64,000 nt of DNA from Octopus vulgaris (lineage: Eukaryota), in the NCBI GenBank assembly GCA_951406725.2, contig OX597817.1:146196001-146260000 (forward strand). The letters run 5' to 3'. Positions 1 through 11,792 of the stretch are shown piece after piece. Every line of letters begins with the position of its first letter. Position 1 is the stretch's first letter. The notes beneath the pieces are model-generated. The model saw only the letters and a program-made list of their open reading frames with translations, was not told the DNA's origin and made no database searches. Position numbers and translations under genes: made by a program.

Positions 1-94
1 TTACTGAACTGACACAGGAACTCATTGCTGCTAAGACACTTATTAACATAAAATTTATAGGATTTCAGAAAGGAATGCATCAAATATATATCTA
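1..94 (-). CDS. Candidate internal coding exon of an unidentified host gene (runs off the window edge)
   Basis: Minus-strand acceptor tacttacttatccAG (AG at 96-95). The phase-1 frame is open to the window edge: (V)DIYLMHSFLKSYKFYVNKCLSSNEFLCQFS. Phase matches the donor at 793. No family recognised. Confidence 0.45.
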
Positions 95-429
95 CTGGAT
101 AAGTAAGTACAAGTAATTATAGTACAAATATTTATATTGATTAAAGAATTTTGACTACATTGTTAAATCCATATTTAGAAATTCTTTTCAAGCATAGTAA
201 TCTCAAATAGCATTAATTAAAATCCTTAGAACATATTACCTAGGAATGTAAAAAAAAAGTAGTGCATTACTGGTATTTGTCAAAAAAATGAAAATTGTGT
301 TCAAATACCATTGCGTTATCTCTGTCATAAAGGATGATAGTATTTGTAATACTGAAAGCATATATATCTCTATAAAACATTGATCTTGTGTCAATTCAAA
401 AGAAATCTTTATTATTTTCCAGCCACGGG

Positions 430-630
430 AGTGGAGTGAATAGGAAGAATCATTAGAACATCACATATAATGCCTTGTGGTATTTGTTCTGGCTCTTTAC
501 TAGCTGAAATAATTTTTTTTTTCTTTTTTGTCTTTCATCCTATTGGAGTCAATACAATAAACTACCCATCAAGTAATCAACTAACCAACCCCTTACCCAA
601 ATTGCTGGCCTTGAGTCTAAATTAGAAATT
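430..630 (+). mobile_element. Decayed SINE (family also at 5975-6510, 30215-30450, 54760-54890)
   Basis: Shares tctttcatcc..ggagtcaata and ttgctggccttg blocks with the reverse complement of the 6085-6510 copies. Confidence 0.5.
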
Positions 631-793
631 TATCACATAGCCATGGATTTGATACATTAGTGTGGTTATGCTGTTTTCCAATTTATATATGAGATAAAAT
701 TTGACAAAGACTACTACTGCAACACTGCTACTGAAAGTTAAAAATTCATAAAGCTATCAAGTGACAATTAGATAATTGCTCTTTAGAATTTAC

Positions 794-824
794 CAAAACA
801 ATACTTGTCTTCTTCTAATTCCAT
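794..824 (-). CDS. Candidate first coding segment MELEEDKYCF(+G) inside an exon spanning ~1023-794
   Basis: Acceptor aatcttaactctttcAG before 1023; ttcATGG at 824-822 with an in-frame TAG upstream; donor TTG|GTAAAT at 793. A 699-nt intron joins it in frame to the 94-1 exon. Confidence 0.45.
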
Positions 825-1197
825 GAAAATGGCTCCTTTTTCTTCATCAGAGTAATGGTACCAGTATGGAGTAAATTGTATACTTTCATTTAAAGACTAT
901 TCCATATAATATGGAGTAAAACTGAAATAATGGTAAATCTTTTATATCTATAACAAAATTAGATAAATTTGATGAATGCCTGACTATCCTACTCTCCACA
1001 AGAAGAATAATGGAATAACAGATCTGAAAGAGTTAAGATTTTGTTAGATCATGAAGATACTGTTAGTTAAATTTGTTTAAACTGCCTGAGGATAAAACTA
1101 TGAATTCTCACCATACACAATGGAAATTACAAATATGGGTCTTACTCGAGCTTTGTCAGTAACTATACTAGCTGAAGTGTGTGTGTGTGTGAATATA

Positions 1198-1470
1198 ATC
1201 ATCATCATCATTTAACATCCACTTTTCCATGCTTGCATGGGTCAGACAGATTTTCTATGGTTGGGTACACTTCCTGTCGCCAACCTTTGCTTTGAAGCAA
1301 GGTAATATTCAATGGGCTTCTTTCAGCTTTCACCTATCAGATCCACTCGCAAAACTTAATCACCTCAGGGCTATAATAGAAGACACTTGCCCAAAGTGCC
1401 ATACAGAGGGACTGAACCTGAGACCACATGGTTGGGAAGGGAGCTTCTCAACCACAGCCACATCTGTGCC
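1198..1470 (-). mobile_element. Composite of a (CAT)n RTE-tail repeat and a tRNA/CORE-like SINE head
   Basis: catcatcatttaacatccacttttccatgcttgcatggg, followed by gacacttgcccaaagtgcc...ggactgaacc, the reverse complement of the 63853-64000 SINE head. Confidence 0.75.
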
Positions 1471-2014
1471 TGAAATAATAATTTCTGTCAGTGAACTCAA
1501 TGCATTACAACACAAAATGTTTTTCCTTAAACACTTAAAAATAGTATTGAAAGAAATCAATACACTAACAGACTTAACTTCTGTGTTTATAAGATGGAAC
1601 TGCTAGGCAACAACAATGATTAGTTTTACATCAGTGTTTAGAAGGACTATAAATGTTAGATAAAGCAGAATCCAAAAACTACCCCCAAAGTATCATCCTT
1701 GACAGAATTGATTAAGATGAGGATAAGACCAAGTCAATTTCTAAGAGGAAATAAACTATTTTCTTTCAAGAAATGGGGAAAAAAAACAAGTAATTTCATA
1801 GAAGTGGATAAAAGGAATTTACTACTTTTATAGTAAAACAAGAAAAATATCTATGCAGCATACATTTTGTCATTTCTCCCACTAACACAAAGACAAATTT
1901 TACCAGTACATATTTTATCAACACTTGAAAGATGAAAAGCAATATCATATTCGGCAGATTTAAACTACAGAACATTAAAGTAATATAACTGGCTAAATAC
2001 TGCAAGGTATAGAA

Positions 2015-2325
2015 CAGTGGTTCCCAAAGCGGGTAGTATTGCCCCCTTGGGGGGTGGTAGAAAGTTCCAAAGGGGCATTGAAGAAAAGTGGGGTGATAAT
2101 GGGATAGTGATTCATGTAAAGATAGTGGCGATAATGGGGTGGCAATTCATGTAAAATCAACAAAATAATGGGTTTGTTAGGTTAAGTTTTATTTGTGAAA
2201 TACAATTGCTTTGAATTTGCTTCAGAAAGTGGTCTATGTTTGTGACGGTTAGTTGGGGTGGGAGCACTAGGAATGTGGCCTGGGTGTCAAGGGGGTGGCA
2301 ACCCAAAAAAGTTTGGGAACCACTA
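2015..2325. mobile_element. hAT (Charlie-type) MITE
   Basis: TIRs CAGTGGTTCCCAAA / TTTGGGAACCACTA; 8-bp TSD gtatagaa (2007-2014) vs gtatagag (2326-2333). Confidence 0.85.
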
Positions 2326-2714
2326 GTATAGAGTTTGGTACACTGCCATTCCTCTTGCACACATCACTTGATTGAAATCCACCAACTGTTATATTCATTT
2401 GAAGATATTAGTGTCTTTTCTTCCCAACAGAACACATTATTGACTATAACAAAAAAGTTTACAAGAATCTTGTGTTCAATTACATTTCCAGTGGTATTAT
2501 TCTTTAATGATCATCAGGTGCTGTATTTTTTTGTCTCCCACCCACCAGATTGAATTGAGTAAAACTTGACATAGGTAATTGGATAAAGCTTCTGAACTTG
2601 ACCAGCTCTTTTATTAGAAGAGAATCTCATTTTTTTTCCCCTCTTATCTGTAAAATCAACTAATTCAGATTTAAGACTGAATGGAGAGAAAGAAGCAATT
2701 GTTGATATATGCTG

Positions 2715-2940
2715 CATCATCACCATCATCATTTTAGTATACACTTTTCCCTGCTTGTAAGGGTTGGACAGAATTTGTTGAGATGGGTTTTGTATGGCTA
2801 GATACCTTTCCTGTTACCAACACTCACCTATTTCCAAGTAAAGTAAAATTTCTACAAGACCAGACATGCTTTCACAGAAGACTGAAAATGTAGGACACCA
2901 CATGCATATCACACAAAGTCAAGGGAAGGACACAGTAACA
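2715..2940 (-). mobile_element. RTE-tail/SINE fragment
   Basis: (CAT)n followed by cttttccctgcttgtaagggttggacagaatttgttga, the same tail family as other copies. Confidence 0.65.
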
Positions 2941-3875
2941 CACACACACATATAGATATGTATACAGATATACTTAGTAATTAGGTGTGTCATTTTTTTC
3001 ACAAAAAATGTAGGTAGGTGGTAAGTTTTGGCTAAAGCAAAAGAATTAAATCCAATACCAAAAACAACAAAAATACTGTCACATCCTGTACCTACCTAAC
3101 AAAAGAGAAACACCAATACACTTGTTTACAAAATTCTACATATAGGAATAAATTCTAAACAATAACATGACCACAAATTTAATCCAATAAAAATTTCTCC
3201 AAAACCCCTCTCCATAACAACCCACCCTCAAAACACAATTACCCTTCCACAGATGCTCACACATCCAAGGAAGATTTTAACTCAACAGAGCCTATAATTA
3301 AAGCAAGACTAACTTTAATGCATCACAGTGTAACAATGGCTTCACTGGCCAAAACTTCAAAATCACTGTCAACAATATTTTTGTTTAAGAATAATATATA
3401 CATATATCACACACAACAAACATCTTTTCAGTTTTCATCTACAAATCCACTCACAAGACTGACTGGAGAAAAGTACTTAGTAACATCTGATGTCTGAAAA
3501 ACAAATAGTAAATTAAGTGTTACCATACTTAATGCAGCAAATATTAAAATTACACCAGTAGCGAAAAGAAAAATACTTCCAGTAAATGGTTTTTGGTCAA
3601 AGATAGAAGAAACAGTATCACAATTAAACTAATTAAGAATACGCTGTAGTGGGGGAATGGATTTAATCTATGGTAGTGTGTAGTTAGTTACAAAATTAAA
3701 TTCAAGATCTCAGTGGTCCACAATAGATATGACTCTTCACATCTACCAAGGATTACAGATATCCACTGAAATAGATATAGTATTTATTAAGTATACAATT
3801 ACTTTCATAAACATGTGTGCATGCAGGTTTCAATGAATACATTATGGGAAAGCTTTTCATCTATTTTATATTGAG

Positions 3876-4032
3876 ATGGAGTGGTTGACATTAGGAAGGG
3901 CATCCAGCTATAGAAACACTGCCAGATCAGACTGGAGTCTGGTGCAGCCTCCTGGCTTCCCAGACCCCAGTCGAACTGTCCAACGCATGCCAGCATGGAA
4001 AACAGATGTTAAACAATGATGATGATGATGAT
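3876..4032 (+). mobile_element. RTE LINE/SINE 3' tail ending in (GAT)n
   Basis: ggaagggcatccagctatagaaac...catgccagcatggaaaacagatgttaaac(gat)n. Confidence 0.8.
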
Positions 4033-4279
4033 GCTCTTTCAAAGAATTCACCGTGTTAATATTAAAAATGGTATTGTTCATGTCACTTCATGTTACTGAG
4101 GAATGGGCTGAGTTAACCTCCTCTCTACAAACCAACATTATAGAAGGGAACTAATTGAAATATGTACTAATCATACTAGCTACAGGTAAGTGAATATTGG
4201 GGGAATGGAATGCTCTATTTGGTCATGGTGATGTCTAAGTGAAAAGTTGTAAGTTTCATGATGGATGGCAGTAGATATA

Positions 4280-5040
4280 ATATGAAAGTAACAGAGAATT
4301 AACTTAGAGGCACAATTTGGATTTGTGCCAAGATGGGGTACTTCTAATACTTTATTTCTAGTGAGAAGCAATTCTATACCTAGTAGTTTTCAATTTGAAG
4401 GTCTTTGATAGGGTACCAAGCACTATAGCTTGGGGGCTGCATAGAAAAAAATGTAGAAATATAGCTTGTAAGAGCTGCATCAAAGCATAAAAATGAAAGG
4501 CTTCAAGAAAAGTAAGCAAAGACAAATGTTAGCAGGAGAGAAGACCGGACACTTCTGCTTCCTGAGAAATGGCCATGCTTTTGTTATGCCAAAAAAGAAC
4601 AGAATTCCATATGATGTATGAAATGTAAGCTATAGGTTGATAGCAGGAGAAAGACTTATGAAATAAATTCTTTCAAATACTTAGGAGGTTCCATTGATGT
4701 AATTGATAGTTTTATTACTCATGTAACATAATTAGTAGTGGAGGTGATGTTCTGAAAATATACTAGCCAGAGTAAGCTAAGAAAAAGGTGGAAAAAAATC
4801 AGAGATATACCTTGGTGAGCAACAAACAATTTTTTTCTCTCTGAGCAAAGGACAAAATGTATGACACCTGTGTATGATGAAGTGGGATGTAGCATGGCAA
4901 TGAAACATGAACAATGAATATGGAGGATGAGTGAAAGGTAAAAGGAAATGAAGCAAGTCAGCTCCATTGGATGAGTAATGCTAATGTGCATATGAGTGAC
5001 AGCACAAAAATGAGCTGAGGGAAAAACAGGATATAAATCA
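4280..5040 (+). mobile_element. Heavily decayed RTE-clade LINE ORF2 fragment
   Basis: Colinear with the 26.6-27.4 kb copy (C-x2-C remnant near 4620; KGQ-YD-CV; HWM-NA); many stops and indels. Confidence 0.6.
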
Positions 5041-5974
5041 TCCTAATTTATGTTTTACTATCAAGCCTAGGTTGTGATAAAATACTCTTACACAAACTGA
5101 GAAATTGTTTACTTAAATGAAACAGATAACAGCTTCAAAAGATGTATACAGAATCTACTTTCCATTCAGCTTTACATAGAATGCTCTGATCAACTCAAAA
5201 TTACATTATTTACATAAATCTCCAAATTGTTGTACTGTATAACATACCAGGTTTTCTTTTCAGATCTCGTGTATAAATTTGGGTGAAGATAGCTCCCATA
5301 CAAGTGGTAGACTCATTACTAATGTACAACTAACACATACCCATTGAATATAGTTTCTGACTCCAGACTTTCAGAATTAATAATTTTGCATATAATTAAC
5401 ATGTAGAACTAATGGTATATAATTTAGCATTTAAAAAATTACTCAAATATAAAATCTCAAAATAATTCCAGAGAAAAAAAAATTTCAGTTGTTTTAAATT
5501 ACATGCTGCACAAAATTAAGATGACTTTGAAAAAAGAAAAATTGAAATTAATTTTTTTTCTTTCCCCATTATGAGGCAGTTATGTAGGTGCGGAAGATGA
5601 TTTCAGAAAAAATGCTACTTCCAGAAATAAATCTATTGGAGAGAAGAAAACTACATAGTTTGACATTTCATCAATTACACACCTGTGTAATGAAGCAAAG
5701 TGACTACAAAATTAGGGTCTTGGACATCTGAGCACATTCAAAAGTTTTGTCCTTACTCCAAGTTAGCTAACTTAACAAAAAACAGACTAATCCCTACATC
5801 ATGGCTGAGTGTACTGTACTTTTTGCTCCAACACCATAACCATCTCAGCCTCTGATGTAAAACAGTAAAAACAAAAGTTTCTAATTTATGCCCAAGTAGT
5901 AATTTAGTAATTTAGAGAACAGTGCCTTGGCCAATACTATCATATTAACTCGGTGGTGGAGTGGGGGATTCAAT

Positions 5975-6510
5975 AGGATGGCAGAACTTGAACCCAGAAC
6001 ATTAAGAGCTGAAAATAATACTGCTACAAAGTTTTATGATGATCTAATAATTCTATCAGCTGGCTGCTTTCATAATAATTATAATTCTTTCTACTATAGG
6101 CACAAGGTCTGAAATTTGGTGGAGAAAAGGCTAGTCATATATATCAACCCCAGAGCTAAACTGGTACTTGTCACCCTCGAAAGGATGAAAGACAAAGTTG
6201 GCCTTGATGGAATTTGAACTCAGAACATAAAGCCAGCAGAAATGCCATGAAGCATTTTGCCCAGCATGCTAATGGTTTAGCCAGCTTGCCATCAATAGCA
6301 ATGATAATGATGATGATTTCAAATTTTGGCACAAGGCCAGCAAGTTTGGGAGAGGGGTTAAGTCAATTACATCAACCTCAATCCTTGACTGGTACTTATT
6401 TTACTGACCCCAAAGAAATGAAAGGCAAAGTGACCTTGGCAGGATTTGAACTGAGAACATAAAACCAGCAGAAATAAAGTGAAGCATTTTGTCCAACCAA
6501 TTCATCACTG
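5975..6510 (-). mobile_element. Tandem SINE copies (two near-complete, at 6085-6290 and 6315-6510)
   Basis: Repeated ggcacaagg...ggtactt...gatgaaag(a/g)caaagt...tttgaact(c/g)agaacataaa; GTTCAAAT B-box-like motif on the minus strand. Confidence 0.8.
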
Positions 6511-6529
6511 ATAACAACAATAATAATTT

Positions 6530-6765
6530 GGTCAATGAGAAAGGTATATATAGTACTAATAATTGTTGGTGCCCTAGGTGCAGTGAGCAATAAATGAAAA
6601 CAGACAATATCCAGAATACAGCAATACCTGACAGTGCAAAGAGTCTCCACAAAGTCCTCATGACTTGAAAAGAACATACCACCTTAGTACACAGGAAGTA
6701 AATAGCTGGTACATTAATGACAGCCCCAGCAACAAGCTGAGAATGTCAGATATAACAATAATAAA
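6530..6765 (+). mobile_element. 3' fragment of an R4/Dong-like (RLE-type) non-LTR retrotransposon
   Basis: IIVGALGAVS...NIQNTAIPDSAKSLHKVLMT* resembles the RLE C-terminal motifs (GALG...IQKxAxLGxAxILRKVL); flanked by (AAT/AAC)n. Confidence 0.6.
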
Positions 6766-7097
6766 AATGTTGCTAAATTGAGTGTAATAATTGTTTCTAC
6801 ATCAAATTATAATAATGCATATACACAAGTATTATTTCTCAAATTAAACGAGCTGAATACTACTTTGGTACTGAGTGGATTAATGATAAACAATTTATAC
6901 ATCTCAGTATGGCGGCATCTACAAACTCTTTGCTCAAATATATTAAATAATATTGTAATTCTAACATACAGTTTGTTAAAATAAAGTAATTAAATACCAG
7001 GGAGGTTTCTCATTATCTATATCTGAACTTAATACAATCTAGTGGAGCATTAATTATACCAAGCTGTTGCTTAATTGCAGTGAGGAACTTGTACCTA

Positions 7098-8367
7098 CAG
7101 GGGTTGGACAAGATAATGGAAACACCTTAAAATTTCAAACAAATTTAATTTAATATGGGGTAGGACCGCCTTTGGCAGTAATTACAGCTTGAATTCTACA
7201 AGGTATAAACTTGTACAAAGTTTAAATAGTTTCCAAAGGAATTTTTGTCCTTTCTTCAGCTAAAACAGCCTCCAGTTCTTGTAATGATGATGGTGGAGAA
7301 TATCAATTCTTTACTTGTTTTTCTAAAATGCACCATAAATGTTCAATGATATGGAGATCTGGAGACTGTGGTGGCCAGATAAGATGTTCAACTTCACTAG
7401 AATGTTCCTTGTGCCATTCAGTAACAACTTTAGCTGTGTGAATTGGTGCATTATCATCCTGAAAGATTGCGTTTCCCTCCGGAAACAGTTCTGCAACCAT
7501 AGGATGAATTTGATCAGATAAAATGCTTAAATAGTCTTGACTATTAATTCTGCCATGAAGGGAAACCATTGGGCTGGCGGAATTCCAAGATATAGTTCCC
7601 CAGATCACCACAGATCCTCCTCCATGTTTAACAGTTGGAAGAAAGCAGTCTGGTCCAAATGCTTCTTTTGGCTGACTCCACATGTATACTCGGCCAGTGG
7701 TCGGAAATAAGGTAAAGGATGACTTGTCCAAAAAATAACATTCTTCCATTGCTCTAGGGACCAATTATGTAGGTTTTTACTTCATTCAAAATACTTTGCA
7801 ACTTTGTTTTTGAAAGTAGCTGTTTTCTGATTGTAGCCCTCCTGTGAAATCCAGCTTTGTGCAGCTCCTGGCAAACAGTTTTTGTGGAAACTGGGTTCTC
7901 AAGGTGGTCATTAAGCTCTGCAGTAATTTTGGTAAATGTACTTTTGTGATCCTTTCTAACAATTCACATAGGAGTGCAACAGTCCCTATCTGAAAGTTTT
8001 GGTTTTCTTCCAGAGTTTTGTTTTGACGAGGATGTTTTTCTCCTCTTTCTCAAAGGTTGTCATTACTTTCAAGACAGTACCTCTTGATACACCAAACATT
8101 TCGGCTGTTTTCATTACGCTAGCACCTGCCATATGAGCACCAACAATTTGACCTCTTTGAAAGTTCGATAGATCTGTCATTTTAATGAATTTTAATTATC
8201 TTTTTCTGATGATATCTGAAACGAAATAGCAATTTTAGAAAAACATTAAGCACCACTAATAATAAATCAAAAAATATAAAAATAAACAAGCTTTTGATGG
8301 TTTTATAGATATTTCAAAATTACGATGCTATGATGCTAGGTGTTTCCATTATTTTGTCCAACCCCTG
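7098..8367 (-). mobile_element. Full-length Tc1/mariner-superfamily DNA transposon, DD36E type
   Basis: 30-bp TIRs CAGGGGTTGGACAA(G/A)ATAATGGAAACACCT with one mismatch; TA TSDs at 7096-7097 and 8368-8369; 1270 bp. Confidence 0.95.
7150..8180 (-). pseudogene. Frameshifted Tc1-type transposase
   Basis: MTDLSNFQRGQIVGA (paired-like HTH), DKSSF, VKHGGGSVVIWG, FQDDNAPIH, WPPQSPDLHIIE, AKGGPTPY*; several frameshifts and stops. Confidence 0.92.
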
Positions 8368-8584
8368 TATATAACTCTTGCTAACTCAAAAATAATCTAA
8401 TTAAATAGGTAACTCTCTTGTATGTGAATACGGAATAGCTCCAGACTGAATACAAATGCTTTTCCTTTGGAAAGCACTCAACTTGAACTCTAACAAAGTT
8501 TCCAATGTTCCAAAGTTTTTTTAAAAGGGAAAGAAGAAGGACCTATATTTGAAGTCATTTCAATTGAGGATATATTGTAATTCA

Positions 8585-9595
8585 TATTCATCATCATCAT
8601 TGCCTTTATGTTCACTTTCCCATGTTGGCATGGGTTGGCCAAGACTCATTTGGATAGCATTCTACAATCAGATGGCCTTCAAGCTGCCAATCACAACTTG
8701 TTTTTCAAGTGAAGTATTTCTATTCCACTGGCCTTCATATAAAAGTGCTGTTGTTTAGCAAAGATATAACCAAGCAAACAATGACCAAACAGTGTCAATG
8801 TAGAGACACATGCACACACACAATCACCATCATCATTTAAAAATCATGCACCATGCTGGCATGGGTTGGATAACTGACAAGACCCAATGGGTCTTACAAC
8901 TGCACTGTACTCCAGTATCTGCTTAGGCATGGTTTCTATGGCCAGTTGCCCGTGCCAATCCCAACCACTTTACAGTGTACTGAGAACTTTTCCCATGCCA
9001 CCAAAAATAAGCCATCATGCAGCTCACAAATTTACGAAACCCTAGGGAAAGGGCAGAGCAGGTTCTTATTGTAGGGGAGCTACATGGCTATTCACCTTTA
9101 GGAGTAAGGAATGAATCGTTAGTAGAAGAGATAAATAATGGTGCTAACGTGTCCAGGTGGCACATCAAGGTATGACGTGAGTTGAAATGAGTGGGGGCAG
9201 AGAAACGAAGAATGGATAGGAATTTGCAAGAGAAATGTTAGGAGAAAGGATAAACGGGTAGAAGAGAGGTAAGCAGTGTCTGTAAGGATTGGGTAGAGTT
9301 GAAAGGGTGGATGTAGTGATGGGAGATGGCCAATGATGCAGGAGTTGGGAAGACTGGTGCCATCATCATTTCAATGTCTACTTTTCCGTGCTTGCACAGA
9401 TTAGATGGAATTCATAAAGGACGCAGATTTTTGTACAGTTGGATACTTTTCTTGCCAGTTCCCATCTAGTAAATTTCACTCCTAAGGCATTGGTCAGCCC
9501 CTGACCTATAGAAGGCACTTACCCAGTGTCACACAGTGAAGTAGGACCTGAAACCATGAAGCTACAAAACAAACTTTGTAACTACAAAAGCTGGC
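8585..9595 (-). mobile_element. Cluster of RTE-tail and SINE fragments
   Basis: Three (CAT)n-headed copies (~8588, ~8825, ~9360), a purine-rich LINE 3'UTR stretch, and a SINE head at ~9470-9590. Confidence 0.6.
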
Positions 9596-10649
9596 TTTTA
9601 TTTTTATTTTTTATTAATCTCCCAATATTTTAGTTCATTTTTTTATAGCATTGAGCAAATTGCATTAGTCAAATTTTGCAAGACCCAACACATGTAAGAG
9701 GCTCAAGTTGATTTCAGTCAACATATTTTGGTATGACTTTATGCAAATAAAGTACTAATGGTAACATGTTATTTTAAAGATAACATTTTGACTGAGTCAT
9801 AAGCTTTTATAAGTATAGCAATTATTTAGTATATAAGAGAGTAAATAGTGAAATGCATCAAACCAAAGGAGTAAATGGCAGAGGAATCACTGACATATCA
9901 GATTCCTCATTGGTTGGAAATATTTGTTTATCAGCACAGTCCTGATGGAGCAAATCTACGATGAAAGCCTTTCAACCATGACTATCTGTCTATTTGTATA
10001 TCAGTACATTCTCCAATGTATCTTTCATTGCTGAAGGTAGCAGAACTATTTATGCCTAGCAGATCAATCAAATACGTAAAGACACCTTTAATTTTTGTTA
10101 TCTGGCCCCAGGTTGGCACTGATCAAACTGATGTATGATAAAAGGTTTTGCAGCTCTGACCATTCTATCTTTGAATATCATGGATTATGTTGTCCATTGT
10201 GTTCTTTGATGGAGATTTGGCTGCTATTTGTAGAATTTGAATGACCATGCTAGGGTTCCTACATACATACATAGTGGATTCTTTGACAGTCTCAATGATC
10301 AGCACTGTTTATTGATCAACTGGACTTCTACTCATGAAATGGATTCGGAAGCAGCTGAGTATTTCACAGACGAGTGTAGCTTCCACCTCTTCCCTCTCAC
10401 ACATAGACACTTCAACATCACATACACATTTTTCTAAATTCCAAGAACATGACCAAATACAACACTTACCTAAAGAATGGGCTGTAACAACTCCATCTTT
10501 AACAACTTAGTTAAGAACACTAGTTTGGATGTATCAGCATATATATACATACATTAAAACACTAAGTATGTTTTGCTTTCAGTTCTCTTCTTTTCTTTGT
10601 TCTTGAAAATAAACATGTAATATATATATGTATATATATATATATGTGT

Positions 10650-10925
10650 GGAGGCGCAATGGTCCAGTGGTTAGCGCAGCAGACTCGTGGTTTCGATTCC
10701 CAGACCGGGCGTTGTGTTTGAGCGAAAACGCCTAAAGCTCCACGAGGCTCCGGCAGGGGGGGGGCATCCCTTCTGTACACTTTCGCCACAACTTTCTCTC
10801 ACTCTTTCTTCGGTTGGCCTGCTCGCTTAGCCAGCGGGGTGGTGTCATTTGAAGGCTAAAGCAATGTGAAGCACATTATGACCAGCGATGAGTAGCAATA
10901 TCTGATAGCCTGGTCTGTCCCGGTG
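10650..10925 (+). mobile_element. Young tRNA-derived SINE
   Basis: A-box TGGTCCAGTGG, B-box GTTTCGATTCC, CpGs retained; related copy at 20670-21002 on the minus strand. Confidence 0.85.
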
Positions 10926-11654
10926 ATCATCATCATCATTCATCAGCGTCTGCTTTCCATGCTAGCATGGGTTGGACGGTTTAACTGGGGTCTGTGAAGC
11001 CAGAAGGCTGCATCAGGCCCAGTCTGATCTGGCAGTGTTTCTACAGCTGGATGCCCTTCCTAACGTCAACCACTCCGTGAGTGTAGTGGGTGCTTTTTAC
11101 GTGCCACCCGCAGCTGGCAAACGGCCACGGACGGATGGTGCTTTTTACGTGCCACGTGAGGCAGGCAACGACCACGAACGGATGGTGGTGCCAGACGAGT
11201 CTGGCAAACGGCCACGAACGGATGGTGGTGCCAGACGAGTCTGGAAAAAGGCCACAAACGGATGGTGCTTTTTACGTGCCACTGGCACGAGGCCAGTCTG
11301 GGCGGCGCTGGCAATGGCCACATTTGAATGGTTCTCTTACGTGCCACTGGCACTGGTAACTCAGCTGCAATTTCCATTGATCGATTTCGATTCTGATTCT
11401 CACTTGCCTCAACAGGTCTTCACAAGTAGAGTTTTGTGTCCCAAGAAGGGAAGGTATGCATAAGTGGGCTGGCTACATCCCATGTAGAAGGCCACGGGTT
11501 ATGGTCTCACTTGTCCTGCCGGGTCTTCTCGCACACAGCATACTTCCAGAGGTCTCGGTCTCTAGTGAGACCTAAAGTTCGAAGGTTGTGCTTCACCACC
11601 TCGTCCCAGGTTTTCCTGGGTCTGCCTCTTCCACAGGTTCCCTCAACCGCTAGG

Positions 11655-11655
<1 letters not shown>
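10926..11655 (-). mobile_element. Young 5'-truncated RTE LINE 3' end with an internal minisatellite
   Basis: Minus strand gives TLAVEGTCGRGRPRKTWDEVVKHNLRTLGL, matching 27390-27665; ~30-45-bp repeats of ggatggtg...gtgcca; (CAT)n tail. Confidence 0.9.

Positions 11656-11698
<43 letters not shown>
11656..11698. repeat. (TG)n(TA)n microsatellite
   Basis: Direct read. Confidence 0.95.
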
Positions 11699-11703
<5 letters not shown>

Positions 11704-11792
11704 CAGGTAGACAAATTTCTTAAAAGAGAATCACATCTATAAGGAATTGAGTCTATATAAGCTTGATTAATCACATTAACTGAAATTTTGAT

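Noticed and set aside
3050-3370. Possible Penelope GIY-YIG remnant (C..CN..FTGQ)
   Set aside because: Too degenerate to support from motifs alone.
4165-4191. Plus-strand TACTAAT...CAG|GTAAGT
   Set aside because: Opposite to the inferred transcription direction, weak pyrimidine tract, and expected by chance.
11070-11360. Repeat-spacer pattern resembling a CRISPR array
   Set aside because: Repeats are degenerate, spacers are mutually similar, there are no cas genes, and it lies in a eukaryotic retroelement tail.
10972-11463. Longest ORF in the track (163 aa) and overlapping ORFs
   Set aside because: Antisense reading of a GC-rich LINE 3'UTR minisatellite; the same pseudo-peptide recurs at 57457 and 60634.
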